Shown piece after piece: positions 12,554 to 25,266 of a stretch of 64,000 bases of DNA. Both the position numbers and the translations under genes were made by a program. Positions within the stretch are counted from its first letter, which is position 1, and the number at the start of each line of letters is the position of its first letter. Below the pieces are notes generated by a model. The model searched no databases. It was not told the origin of the DNA and saw only the letters and a program-made list of their open reading frames with translations. Source of the stretch: Octopus vulgaris (lineage: Eukaryota); assembly GCA_951406725.2 (NCBI GenBank), contig OX597837.1, positions 7,254,001-7,318,000 on the forward strand, given 5' to 3'.

Positions 12554-12877
12554 AACTGACCCTTCTTCGGTTATACTGATATGGGTCCCAGTTAATTTGA
12601 TCAATGGAACAGCCTGCTCGTGAAATTAACAAGCAAGTGGCTGAGTACTCCACAGACATGTGTACCCTTAACGTAGTTCATGGGGAAATTCAGCATGACA
12701 CAGAATGTGACCTGGCCCGCCCTTTGAATTACAGGTACTACTCATTTTTGCCAGGTGAGTAGACTGGAGCAATGCAAAGTAAGTGTCTTGCTCAAGGACA
12801 CAACACATCACCAGGAATTGAACTCATGACCTTACGATCATGAGCTGAATGCACTAACCACTGAGCCACACACCTCA
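12554..12877 (-). mobile_element. tRNA-derived SINE family C (V-domain-like GTGTTGTGTCCTTGAGCAAGACACTT) with an 11-bp TSD, nested in a MITE
   Basis: The minus strand starts with GTGGCTCAGTGGTTAG (A box) and GAGTTCAATTCC (B box). TSD GTCAAATGTAA is at 12543-12553 and 12878-12888. Related copies lie at 40350-40620 and 48160-48260. Confidence 0.8.
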
Positions 12878-13604
12878 GTCAAATGTAATGTTTATTTATT
12901 CACATTGTTTTGAATTAATCATGAATTATCTTCTTGTGGCTTTGAGATTTTAAAAATGGAATTGTTTATTTTTAGTTAATCCCAGAAAGATGAACAGCAA
13001 AGTTGAGGTTAGTAGGATTTGAACTCAAAACCTAAAGATTTTGATTAAAAATTTAAGATCTGATCTAACCATGTTGCCAGTGCTTTTTGCATGGCATCTC
13101 TGTGTCAGGATATCTATATATATATATATGAATATATATATATAGATAAGAAAATTGGTTTGTGAAAGCACGTGGTTGAATATATAGAAAATAGTAAAAA
13201 GTGAAAAAACTACAGAAGACTTAAATGTTAAAAAATATATATTTGCATCAATATGTCTGAAGAATATTAAAGAATTTTTTTGAAGAATATTAAAAAAAAT
13301 TTTTTCTCTTATAATGACATAATTCAGGAGAAAGACCGGTTTCGCGTTTAGCTTTTCACACTTACGATACTTTTGCATAATAGCAATGATATATATATAT
13401 ATATATATATTTGTAAATATATAATTTTTTTTTTGTAATGAGATAAAAAAACCAAGGCAGTGTAGATTTTAGAACATTTAAAGATAGAACATTTATAAAA
13501 TAGAGAGTGATGTGGAGGAAAGAAAAGAAAATAGATTTCCTCCACCTCAGTCTCTATTTTGTATCTTATCTAAATGAACTATTTCTTAACCATCCTCTCA
13601 CACC

Positions 13605-13656
13605 GTCTCTGATGAAGGGATATAATTAATAAATATCCTGGAAACAGCTGTAAGAC
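13605..13656 (+). ncRNA. Minimal type I hammerhead ribozyme motif (Penelope-like element type)
   Basis: GTCT-CTGATGA-A-GGGATAT..ATATCCT-G-GAAA-C-AGCT-GTA^-AGAC. Stem I is GTCT/AGAC, stem II has 7 bp, stem III is the palindrome ACAGCTGT, and the NUH triplet is GUA. Confidence 0.65.
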
Positions 13657-14846
13657 CTTCTATCTATAAATGATCTAATATCTACACTGCCTTGAATTTT
13701 TTTTATCTCATTAAAAAAAAAAAATGTTATATACACATGCTGACATATGACTAATGTTGAACCCCTATTCGCATAATCGCCAAACCTGGAACTTAACCAT
13801 GGTCCATCTATAGCACTTATTCAGCATTACCTGACACCTTTGGGTCTCAATGACACCATTACCTCTCATAACCTATATAGATATAGACATAAAGAGCAGA
13901 CAACCACCATATCTGTAAGTCCATATATATATATATATATATATACATATAGACGTGCATATTCATACACACATACATATATATATATTTTTTTATATGC
14001 ACTCACACAAACACATATTTAAATTCACATGTATGTATGCATATTTGTTTTTATTCTAATAGCATATAATTATGCATATGAGCATAAATGTGGTGGGAGG
14101 AGGGGCAATTTTCTTTCAGAGCCAAAAGGCATTTGAATAAGTCAGCTTTGCTTATAGAGTTTGTGCAAGAATTTCAAAATTCCTACATCAGAAACAAACA
14201 GAATTATTCCCCAGCCTCTTTTATTCCAATATTTTGCCGTCTTTTTTGATAATTTTTTTTTCTAAATTTCCCTTGAAACCTCTTAGCTTTTTATTTTTTA
14301 TTTTATTATTTTTTTTTTACAGAGCCTAAAATATATATAATAGTTTTATATTTAATTTCAAAACTTTTTTATTTTAAAGTTAGAGAGCGAGAGAGAGAAA
14401 GAGATTAATACATTTTATAGAATGTATAAAAAATACCCTAGTTTGAAATCCTATGTTGCTTTTTAAAATTTTTTTAAGTTTTTGTTAGTCTACATATTTT
14501 TGGGATTTATTTTTTTATTTTTTTTTTGTGGGAAAATGGTTATAGCTGTACATTAATGCCCTTTCTGTATTTTTATGTTTCTGCTCACATATAAATATAT
14601 ATATACATACTATATATATACATACAATATATACATACCATATCATGATTTTAGGTGTATTTTAATGTTTTTTGGTTGTAGAATAAAAGTTAATATTTCT
14701 ATTTTGTGACATTTTATTATTTGTTTTTTACTTTCTTTTTTTCTTTTTGTTTGCTATTACTATTTGGTAACTGTTTTATTTCAGTGTTTTGAAAAATGCA
14801 TTTCATATTAAAAAGGTCTCATTAAATATATATATATATATATATG

Positions 14847-14888
<42 letters not shown>

Positions 14889-16574
14889 AACAAATGAGAA
14901 GTACGTATAGAGAGGGTATGTATATATGTGCATCTACGTATGTATATACATATATATGTATCTTTATAATAATAATTGTTGTTATTATCATTATGATTAT
15001 TATTATTATTATGTGGGGCATCAATTTGATTCCCACACACAGGCGCGTGTACACATACATAAAGCGTAATGTATTTTAGAGAAAATAACAGTAATATATA
15101 ATGTATATATTTAAAATTAATAACAACAAAGTAAAAAAAAAAAAAAAATATGGTACCTACAAGAATATATGTTTTAGAATTTATGACTAAACATAAAGCA
15201 TAAAATAAATATTTAATAAGGCTATATATATATATATGGTGGTTCTTTAATTTATATACATATATTATATATACATACATATATATATATATGCATCTAT
15301 ATAAATGCATATTAGATGCATGCTTTATGGTTTATATTCAAGAATAAATGTGTGTGTGTATAAGCACAGATATCCATGATGTATGTTACCTCAAACCAAA
15401 TGTAGGAGACTATCAAAACCTTTACTTTCAATTAAATAATGAGGTTATTCACAAGTTTTATGTTGTATAATGCAGTTATGCCTTCGACTTCAATGCACAC
15501 AAAACAAAATATGCAACGGTATGAATGCGTGTGAGTGTGCATCTACATACATTCACACACACACACACACACACACACATACTCTCTCTCTTTTACTTCT
15601 TTCAGTCATTTGACTGCAGCCATGCTGGAGCACCGCCTTTAGTCGAGCAACTTGACCCCAGGACTTATTCTTTGTAAGCCCAGTACTTATTCTATCGGTC
15701 TCTTTTGCCGAACCGCTAAGTGGCGGGGACGTAAACACACCAGCATCGGTTGTCAAGCAATGCTAGGGGGGCAAACACAAACATACATGCACGCATATAT
15801 ATACATATATATACACCTACCCTACAATGTCATTCTAAAAATAAAGAATCACATCATTGAAATCTCAAAGCTATGAGATAAGCCATGATTAATTAAAAAC
15901 AATGTGAATAAATAGGCATTACATTTCAGACTAATCTGAATGCTGAAGGGCCAAAACCTACCATCAAAATTCAATATTAACCCTTTCACATTTCAACTGG
16001 CCCATATCTGGTCAAACAATTTTGCCCATTTTATGTTCAAACTAACCAGATCCTGCTTCTTACATCTACCCTATAATGTCATTCTAAAGATAATCGCATC
16101 ACCGAAATCTTTAAGCATGGAATAATGCATAATTAATTCAAAACAATGTGAATAAATAAGCAATATATTTGAGAGATTAATCTGGGGGCTAAAAAGTTAA
16201 AAAGAACAAAACAAAAAAAGTAAGCAACAAAAAGGGATACTGGATTATGAAGTCTTTGTTAAAGTATGCGTTAGAAGGGATGTTCATGACTGGAAACCCT
16301 CTGGGCCTTAAATCTGCTTAGTCAGAGTCAACCTGTCTTTACCCTACCTTAACCCATGGTTTATACTGGCCTGTATCTGGTCAAACTATTCTACCCGTTT
16401 TGTGTTAAAACTGACCAGATCTAGCCTCCCACATCTACCCCACAATGTTATGCTTGAAATAATTACAATTAATTATGCTTGAAATCTTTCAAAACAATGT
16501 GAATAATTAAGCAGAATAGTCTGGATGTTAAAGGTTTAATTTGCTTTCCTAGCACTGGCCCAACAAAGTATTTT

Positions 16575-16715
16575 GGATTGGCAGAACTGTGAGAAGGTCA
16601 GCAAAATACTTTGCAAGAATCCGTTATCGTTTTCAGCTGTTTGAGTTCAGTCCTTGCCACAGTCAACTTTGTCTTTTACCATTCTGGGGCGGCAGAGTAA
16701 ATAAAAAGTATTGAG
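16575..16715 (+). mobile_element. SINE family A, degenerate, opposite orientation
   Basis: ggcagaac...tgagttcagtcc...gtcaactttgtctttt matches the sense strand of family A. Confidence 0.55.
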
Positions 16716-17824
16716 GCGAATTCTATTGAAGAACTGTAACTCTGTTGGTGCCACATAAAAAAAAAAAAAACACTCGTACCAGTGCGGTGTAAAAGTACCC
16801 GGTACATTCTGTACAATAGTTGGTGTTAAGAAGGGCATCCAGCCATAGAAACTATGCCAAAACAGACATGGGGTCTGGACAGCCCTTCAGCTGCTCAGCC
16901 CCTGTCAAACTGTCCAACATATGCCAGTATGGAAAAACGGATTGATGATGATATGATAATGAAACCATCTCCTATAATTCTGAGGGTTTGTACTTAGGTT
17001 ACAAATGATAGTTAATTCTTGGTTGTACTTAATTTGAATTTTTGGAACTAAAAATAATTTACTAAGTCGATTTAATTAACCAAAAATAAATATACATGTA
17101 TTAACGAAGTAAAAAATTAATAGTGCTGGCTTAAAAGAAAGAAGTAATTTTTTTTTCCTTTTTTGTTAATGAAGATAGGTTTTAGTAAAACATTTTAACG
17201 AATACACCTGAAAATTTTGAGATAGAGATAAATAGGTAGGGAGAGAGAGACAGAGAGTGAGAGAGAGAGAGAGAGAGAGAGAATGAGAAAGAGAGAGAGA
17301 GAACATGAATATAAAATCATTTCTGTTCATAAAAATTGGAAAACAATTTGGTTTTGACAAGGATGAAAGATGATGACGATGATGATTGTAATGATGGTGA
17401 TGACAATGATTGTGATGATGATGATGATGATGATGATGAGAAACTAAAGAAATAAGAAAAACAATTTCATTCAATGCAGCAATAAACAGTGATAAAATAC
17501 AGAACAATACGATTACAATAATAATAATAATAATAATAATAGTAATAATAACAATAATGAGAATAATAATAATAATTTTCAGGCCATTTTTGCCCAATTT
17601 TGGATTGTTTTTCTTTCTTTTTTTCTTTTCTTTTGCTTAAAGTATTTTTTCTTTTTTTTTTTCTTTAGATAAAAAACAAAATTGGAAAATATTAAATGCC
17701 TTTCCGAAAAAAGCACCTAAATACATATAAAATATTTTAGGCTATGGGTTGGCAGCAAGCAAACTTTAAAACACAACATCTACAATATTTTAAATCTAGC
17801 AGAAAAAAAAATATACTATACATA

Positions 17825-17865
<41 letters not shown>

Positions 17866-18010
17866 TTATATATATATTATATAAATATATATATATATAT
17901 ATGTGTATATAAATATATATTTTATAAATATATATATATGTGTGTATATAAAAAGTAATAGTGAAGAGACAAGGCACACAAGCATGCTGGGATTGAAACG
18001 GAAGACCTAC

Positions 18011-18077
18011 CCCATATCCGGTGACTGGTCCGATACTGTGTCCCAAATAGGGGTCTGCCGCATACTCCCTGCCATAC
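18011..18077 (-). CDS. RBFOX1: RBFOX penultimate coding exon, 67 nt (YGREYAADPYLGHSIGPVTGYG), phase 2-0
   Basis: tgcatgtcttacag|GTATGG...ATATGGG|gtaggt. Matches the Fox-1 C-terminal motif YGRVYAADPY and is also seen in ORF 17816..18088. Confidence 0.96.
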
Positions 18078-18085
18078 CTGTAAGA

Positions 18086-18158
18086 CATGCAACTGATGGG
18101 TCACCAAACAAACCCACTACATGCAGGCAGAGCAGCAAAATTTATTGTAACTCATGCA
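18086..18158 (-). promoter_or_regulatory. Cluster of three UGCAUG sites upstream of the 67-nt exon
   Basis: Plus-strand catgca at 18086-18091, 18120-18125 and 18153-18158 in non-microsatellite sequence. An extra GCATG lies downstream of the exon at 17983-17987. Confidence 0.75.
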
Positions 18159-18247
18159 GAACCTCAAACAAGAGATCATCAGCCACAATGTTTTAGCTTA
18201 TAGCCACCAGAAGTAGGAAAAAAAAACGTGTACATACTTATGCATAT

Positions 18248-18290
<43 letters not shown>

Positions 18291-18643
18291 TATATATATA
18301 CATACATATATATACATATATACATACATATATATACACATATATATATGCATATATATACACATATATACATATATATACATACATACACACAGACATA
18401 TGTATGTATACATACATATATAATTATATGTCTAAGTACACATGTGTGTATGTGTATGTATATATATATATATATATACACATGTATATATATATATATG
18501 TATATATATATACATATATATATGTATATGTATATATATAGATATATACATACACACACAAGGCTATATATATATATATAAATATATATGAAAAAAAGTA
18601 GTAATAGTAGAAGTAGTAGTAATAGTAGTGGTGATAATTATAA

Positions 18644-18674
<31 letters not shown>

Positions 18675-18701
18675 GTAGCAGTAGTAGCAACATTATGTCA
18701 C

Positions 18702-18735
<34 letters not shown>

Positions 18736-19412
18736 GCAGTAGTAGCAATAATATTATGTCAAAATAATAATAATAATAATAATGATGGATTTCAGTTTAA
18801 GGTGCAAGGCCTGCAATTTTGAGTGGAGAAGGTTAGTCGTTTATATCAGCCCCAGAACAAGAAAAGGCATAATTGACTTTGGCAGGAACAGAACTCAGAA
18901 AGTAAAGAGCTGTAACAAATACCGCAAGGCAAGGCCAGGCCATTTATCAATATCAAATAATACTTGTTATTTTTAGAGTATCGAAATAATATAAATTCAT
19001 GTCATGTTTTTTAAAGCTATGCATGGAGTCACAAGCTACGATAATTAGTAATATAAGAAGCATAAAGTGGAGGAAAGAAAAAACTCCTTATTCTTCAGAA
19101 AGAATCATAATTTTATGTTTGTCATTTATCTTTAATTATTTATCAGGAACACCAATGCCCTTGCAGATTGGCTCTTTGGAATTATGCTGCATATCTTCAG
19201 CGATAATAGCCTTATAATCCACACCACGTTTTCAGTTAGGCCTTGCTGGGCAAAAGATAACAAAGCCATCTTTATTTTTTGTTTAATTCTTATGTTAGTT
19301 TTCCTTATGCTAGAACTTAAAGATATTGTGAGTGAGAGGTGATAAAAGTCTCGATTTAAATTCCAGTATAAAAAGATTATTAACTCATATGTTAAAATGG
19401 CACCGTACTAAT

Positions 19413-19830
19413 TTAACCATTCAGCATCTAGATTCCTCTGCCAAATGTAATGCTTATCTATTCACACTGTTTTTGAATTAATCCTGCATTATCTCGTAGT
19501 GTTGAGATTTTCATAATCTGGTTGTTTATTTTTAGAATGAGATTGTGGGGCAGACATGAGAAGCAAATCTAACCTGTTTGAACATAAAACAGGATATTTG
19601 GACCAGATATGGCAAATTTAATGGCCAAAGGGTTACTAAAATAACCGCTATTAACCCTTTAGCCAAAATGTCCCATCTGTTTTATTTTCAAACTGGCCAG
19701 ATGTGGCCTCTTACACCAGCCCCACAATATCATCCTAAAATCTTAGTTACTTCATCTGATAGCTACAAGATAATGCAAGATTAATTCAAAACAATGTGAA
19801 TTAAATAATTATCATTTCAGCAGAATGTTG
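19413..19830. mobile_element. Two adjacent, inverted piggyBac-like MITEs, family P1
   Basis: TTAACC(C/A)TT...AAAGGGTT ends. The body ttcacactgtttttgaattaatcctgcattatct (19461-19494) is mirrored by agataatgcaagattaattcaaaacaatgtgaa (19768-19800). Other copies are at 15815-16540 (x3), 25290-25512 and 29762-29972. Confidence 0.75.
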
Positions 19831-20423
19831 GTGGTTATGATATAAATTAAGATAGAAATTTTTGATGGAGAGTATTCATTTAGATTCTCACTATGAAATG
19901 TATTGAAACATATTCTGTTGTGTCTCAGGAGGATCATTGTGTCAATAAGAACACACACACTGGTTGCATTTCACCTTTACTATTATTATAAGTCAATGAG
20001 ATAATTAATAATTTGTTTCAACCTCTTGTCAGCCAAGTGGACTGAGACAATCAGAGTTCCCTTACTTTATGTATTTGATTATGCTTGGATTAGTTTATAT
20101 ATGGGGATATAAAAATAGGGTAAATTGGTGTAGTAAAATATCTTTTGCTGACCTTACATAACTGAGTATGTTTTTTTATGGTGTAAATAAGCATAGATGA
20201 AAATTTATATATAATAATCCTACATGAAGTAGATGAAGCTTAGTAAGAATACCACTACTAGCAATAATATTAATGATAATAATAACAATAATAATAATAA
20301 TAATAATAATAGTAGTAGTAGTAATAATAGTAATAATAATGATAATAAAATAATAATAATACTAATAATAATAGTAATAATAATATAAAATAATAATAAT
20401 AATAATAATAATAATTATTATTA

Positions 20424-21160
20424 TTTCTACTATAGGCACAAGGACTAAAATTTTGGGGTGGGGGGGACGAGTCAGTTACATCGACCCCAGTGTGCCACTG
20501 GTACTTAATTTAGTGACCACAAAAGGATGAAAGGCCAAGTCATCCTCGGCAGAATTTGAACTCAGAACATAGTGAGATGAAATAATGCTAAGCATTTTGC
20601 TTGGCATGGTAACACTTCAGCCAGCTCGCGGTCGTCATAATAATAATAATAATAATAATAATGACAATAATAATAATAATCATGATGATGATGATGATTG
20701 TTTCAAATTTTGACACAAAGCCAGCAACTTGGTGGAGGGGGTAAGTCGATTATATTGACCCTCCAGTGTTCAGCTCTAACTTATTTTATTGACCCACCCA
20801 CCCAAAAGGATGAAAGGCAAAGTCAACCCCGATGGAATCTGAAGTTAGAGCATGAAGACTGATAAAATGGTACTAACCATTTTGTCCAGCATGCTAAAAG
20901 AGTCTGCCAAAAGAATATTTGTAGCAGTAGTAGTAGTAGCAGTAATAATAATAATCATCCTTTCAACTATAGACACAAAGCCTAATATTTGTGATGAGGG
21001 GCTAGTCATTTCCATCGACCCCTAACTCTCAACCACTATTTATTTCACTTGATCTCAAAAGGATGAAAGGCAACGTCAACCTTGGCAGAATTTGTAAAAG
21101 GTGGACAAGATGCTGTTAAGAGTTATATGCCATGTGTGTTAACGATTGATAGCTCATTGC
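20424..21160 (-). mobile_element. Cluster of three SINE family A copies embedded in (AAT)n/(GAT)n
   Basis: aaaaggatgaaaggc occurs three times, near 20521, 20804 and 21057. Confidence 0.8.
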
Positions 21161-21409
21161 ATTAACAACAACGATAATAATAATAATAATAGTAATAATA
21201 ATAATAGTAGTAATAATAATAATAAAATAATAATAATAATAAAAAAATAATAATAATGATGATAATAATAATAATAATAATAAGATAATAATAATAATAA
21301 AATACTACTACTAATAATAATAATATAATAATAATAATAATTCTAGACCACTACCAGCATATCCATCTCCAGTCCCCCAAAAGTAAGTAGTAAAAATCTA
21401 AATAAATAA

Positions 21410-21442
<33 letters not shown>

Positions 21443-21708
21443 AAATTAAACCTAGTTTAGAAGCAACTTAAAATAGAATATTTTTTTGAATAACTAAATA
21501 AATGGAAGCTTTATTTTATAGATATATATTAAATTAAAGAAAATCTCTCAAATTAAAATTAAATAAAAATAAAGACAAAAGAATAAAACATTATGCATAT
21601 ATGTATATTTATATATATATATATATGGATATATATATCATATATATAATATATACACATACATATATATATATACATATATATGTACATATGCACATAT
21701 ACTATACA

Positions 21709-21742
<34 letters not shown>

Positions 21743-22621
21743 ATATATATATATATTGTATACATGTATATATACACACACATATATATATACGTATATG
21801 CTCACATATATACAACAAAAACACACACCCACACACACATTCTCTAAGTTGTTTTAAAAAATACAAGAAACAATTTAATTGCAGTGTGAATTTTTACGAC
21901 CACATGCAATTATGCACTCAAAGAAAAAAAAACTGATTTTAAAAAAATCCATAAAAATTTTTGAAAAATAATTAAGAAGAATTTTAAGAATAATTATGAA
22001 AATTATTCTAAGAAGAATTGATCTCTCTTGGACAGAACGATACTGGCATTTACAAAATGCATATTTCTTTTTGTGCTTTGTTTTGGAATAGCTTGCTTGC
22101 TATGTAAAATGGTTTAGTTGTTGTTGTTGTTGATGCTGCAGTTGTGAAATTTGGGGGGTACTTAATAAGCAAGATGTGAAAAGATGTAACAAAAAAAAAA
22201 ATTAAGCTCCATTGAAATAAAACATCTCATATGCTTGCATGTCAGTTTACTACTATATAATATATATATATATATAATATACATATATAATATATTATAT
22301 AATATATTATATATATATAATATATATATATATATATAATATATACATATAATATATTATATATATATAATATATACATATAATATATATAATATATATA
22401 TATAATATAATATATAAATATATATAATATATATATATTAAATATAATATATATACATATATAATATATATAAAATAATATATAAATATATATATAATAT
22501 ATATATTAAATATAATATATAAATATATATATAATATATATATTAATTATAATATATATACATATATAATATATATAACATAGATAATATATATTATATG
22601 TATATATATTAAATATAATAC

Positions 22622-22653
<32 letters not shown>

Positions 22654-23424
22654 GGCAGTGTATAAAGGAAAATAGTGCAGTAAAAATATGTGAAACATGT
22701 ACAGAAAAATTGGGGATAAACAGCACAATCTGAACATGTGGCCCTGTGTGTGTCAGTGAGTGTACATGTGTAAGTATGCATAAGTATGTACAATGTGTAT
22801 ACTATATATATATATAAATATATACATGTATATATACACACATACATATATATATATATATATATGCATATATATATATATACATACCTATATAAATGTA
22901 TTTACACATGTACATATGCATATATATATATGTATGTATGTGCTAAATATATGCACACACACACATATATATTTATATGCACTTACATAAATGTGTGTGT
23001 GTGTGTGCGTGAGTGCATAGATTATATGAGACAAAAAGAAAAGGAAAAACTTGTTTCATACAGAGACATCACCTTGGAAATGAAAGAAGGAAGAGGGAGA
23101 AGAAACAAAGCATCAAATAGGATGTATATGCATGTGTGTGTTGAGTGAGAGAAAATGGGAGAGAGAGAGAGAGAGAGAGAAAGGGGGAGAGAAAGGCACA
23201 AACAGCCTTATACTAGGGAGTGTATGATGGCGATTAATGTAGGTGTTAATTAAACGAAATAGAGAGGATAAATTCAGAGCCCAAAAAGCTCCTTTTTTTT
23301 TTGTTTTCTTTCTTTCTTTTCTTCTAAAGGCCCCTTGCAAGCTGGGGCAGGGATAGGAATAACTACAGAAAAGTTAGCAAGGTTAATATCCAAGTTTTGA
23401 AATGTTACAAGGGTTAGTGAAATT

Positions 23425-24020
23425 GTTAAGAGAAAGAGAAAGATGAGGAAGGAAGGAAGAAAGGAAGGAAGGAAGGAAGGAAGGAAACATAGGGGTGGGG
23501 AGGGAGGAGGTGGCAGAGAGAAGTGGAGAGTTTGATGGAGCGCAACATGAAAAGTGGTGGTAGTGGTGGTGGAGGAGATAATGAAGGAAGAAGAAGAAGA
23601 AGAAGAAAGCAAAGAGGAAGAAGACAAAGAGAAAGAAAGCAAAGAGAAAGAAGGCAAAAAGGAGGAGGCAGAAGATGAAAATGAAGAGGAGGCACAGAAG
23701 AAAATGAAGAAAGCAAAGAAGAAGGCAAAGAGGAAGAAGAATGCAAAGTGGAGGAAGAGGAAGAAGATGAAGAGAAGGTAAAGAAGGAGGAGGATAAAGG
23801 AAAAGGTGAAAAGAAGGTGAAGGCAGAGGGGAGGAGGAGAAAAAGGGAAATGAGGAGGAGAAGGAGGGGGAGCAAAGAAGGCAAAGAAGAAGAGGGAGAA
23901 GAAGGTGAAGAAGAAGAAGAAGATGATGAAGGCGAAGAAGAAGAAAAGGCAAAGAAGAGGAAGAATAATGCAAAGAGGAGGAAGATGAAGAGAAGGCAAA
24001 GAAGAGGAAAGATCCAAAAG
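23425..24020 (+). repeat. ~600-bp polypurine (GAA/GGA/GGAA) low-complexity tract
   Basis: Nearly pure A/G on the plus strand, which explains the E/K-rich and S/F-rich spurious ORFs. Confidence 0.9.
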
Positions 24021-24509
24021 TATAGAAACCACTTCTTATTAGTCGTTGCTTTGTTAGTATTAATCAAATGCAAGGCGTAGTTGAGTGGTTAAGAAAATTG
24101 CTTTGCAATCATCAGGTTCCTAGTTCAATCCCACATCTTGGCATCTTGGGCAAACGTCTTTTAGCATAGTCTTGCATTAACTTCAAGCCTTGTGGATTGA
24201 GTGATGAATGAGGAGTTGAGTGAGATGAGTGAAGAGATGAATGAGAGAAGAGTGAGTGTTGTGAGTGATGAATGAGAGAAGAGTGAGTGTTGTGAGTGAT
24301 GAATGAGCATGTGTTGATGAGGGTGAATGATGAATGAGAGACAGGCCACTTAACTACATTTAAGGGCTACTACTCCTTCAAAGGCTCAGACAAGGGTAGG
24401 GGTAAAAGGATGTGGAGGAGCAGAGGAGGATTGAAAAGGAAAGGATTAGGTAAAAAGAGGAAAAATAAGGGACAAATGAAGTAAAAATTATGAAGAATAA
24501 GGAAGAGGT

Positions 24510-24910
24510 GCAGAGTATGGCTCTGTGGTAAGATACTTGCTTCCCAGCCACATGAGTCCAGGTTCAGTCCCACTACATGGTACGTTGGGCAAGTGTCTTC
24601 TACTATAGCTTTAGGCCGACCAAAGCCCTGAGTGGATTTGGTAAATGGAAACTGAAAGAAGCCTGTCATATATATATATGAGTGTGTGTGTGTGTCTTTG
24701 TATCTGTGTTTGTCCCCTCCCCACTGCTTGACAATTGGTATTGGTATATTTATGTTTCCATAACTTAGCAGTTCAGCAAAAGAGACTGACAGAGTGAGTA
24801 TGAGGCTTACAAAGAAAAAATAGGTCCTAGGATTGATTTATTTCACTAAAAGAAAAATTTCAAAGTCATGCTCCAGCATATATAATGACTGAAACAAGTG
24901 AAAAATAAAA
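24510..24910 (+). mobile_element. tRNA-derived SINE family B (CORE-like body)
   Basis: ggctctgtggtaag..ggttcagtccc..ttgggcaagtgtcttctactatagc..ggaaactgaaagaagcc. Related plus-strand copies are at 24075-24200, 27230-27580, 30290-30440 and 34325-34500. Confidence 0.75.
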
Positions 24911-25233
24911 GAGGAGAGGTTGGTAATAAAAATGCTAAACTTGCTATCTTTAGGTCAGTTTTGATGCCTGTATTCATCTAAGGTCAAGAATGATGGTTAA
25001 TGATTGAAAGAGGCCAAAAGGAGATCCCTCTAAAGGATCTCTGGAGCACTGTTATTTGACAAGGTGTGCAGTTTGGAGATTAGGAGTCTCTCCAGATTGA
25101 ACCATTTCTTCCCTGTGTTGAAATGCCAGAGTTCCAGACCTACAGACATGTGATTAAAATGTCGCAAGATGGATTCTTCAAGCTGAGCCAACTGGCAGGA
25201 AACATTGGGGTAACCCAAGAACAAGATGGCCAG

Positions 25234-25266
<33 letters not shown>

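Noticed and set aside
23274-24080. Long E/K-rich and S/F/L-rich ORFs (up to 252 aa)
   Set aside because: Stop-free only because of the polypurine tract; open on both strands and without a recognisable domain.
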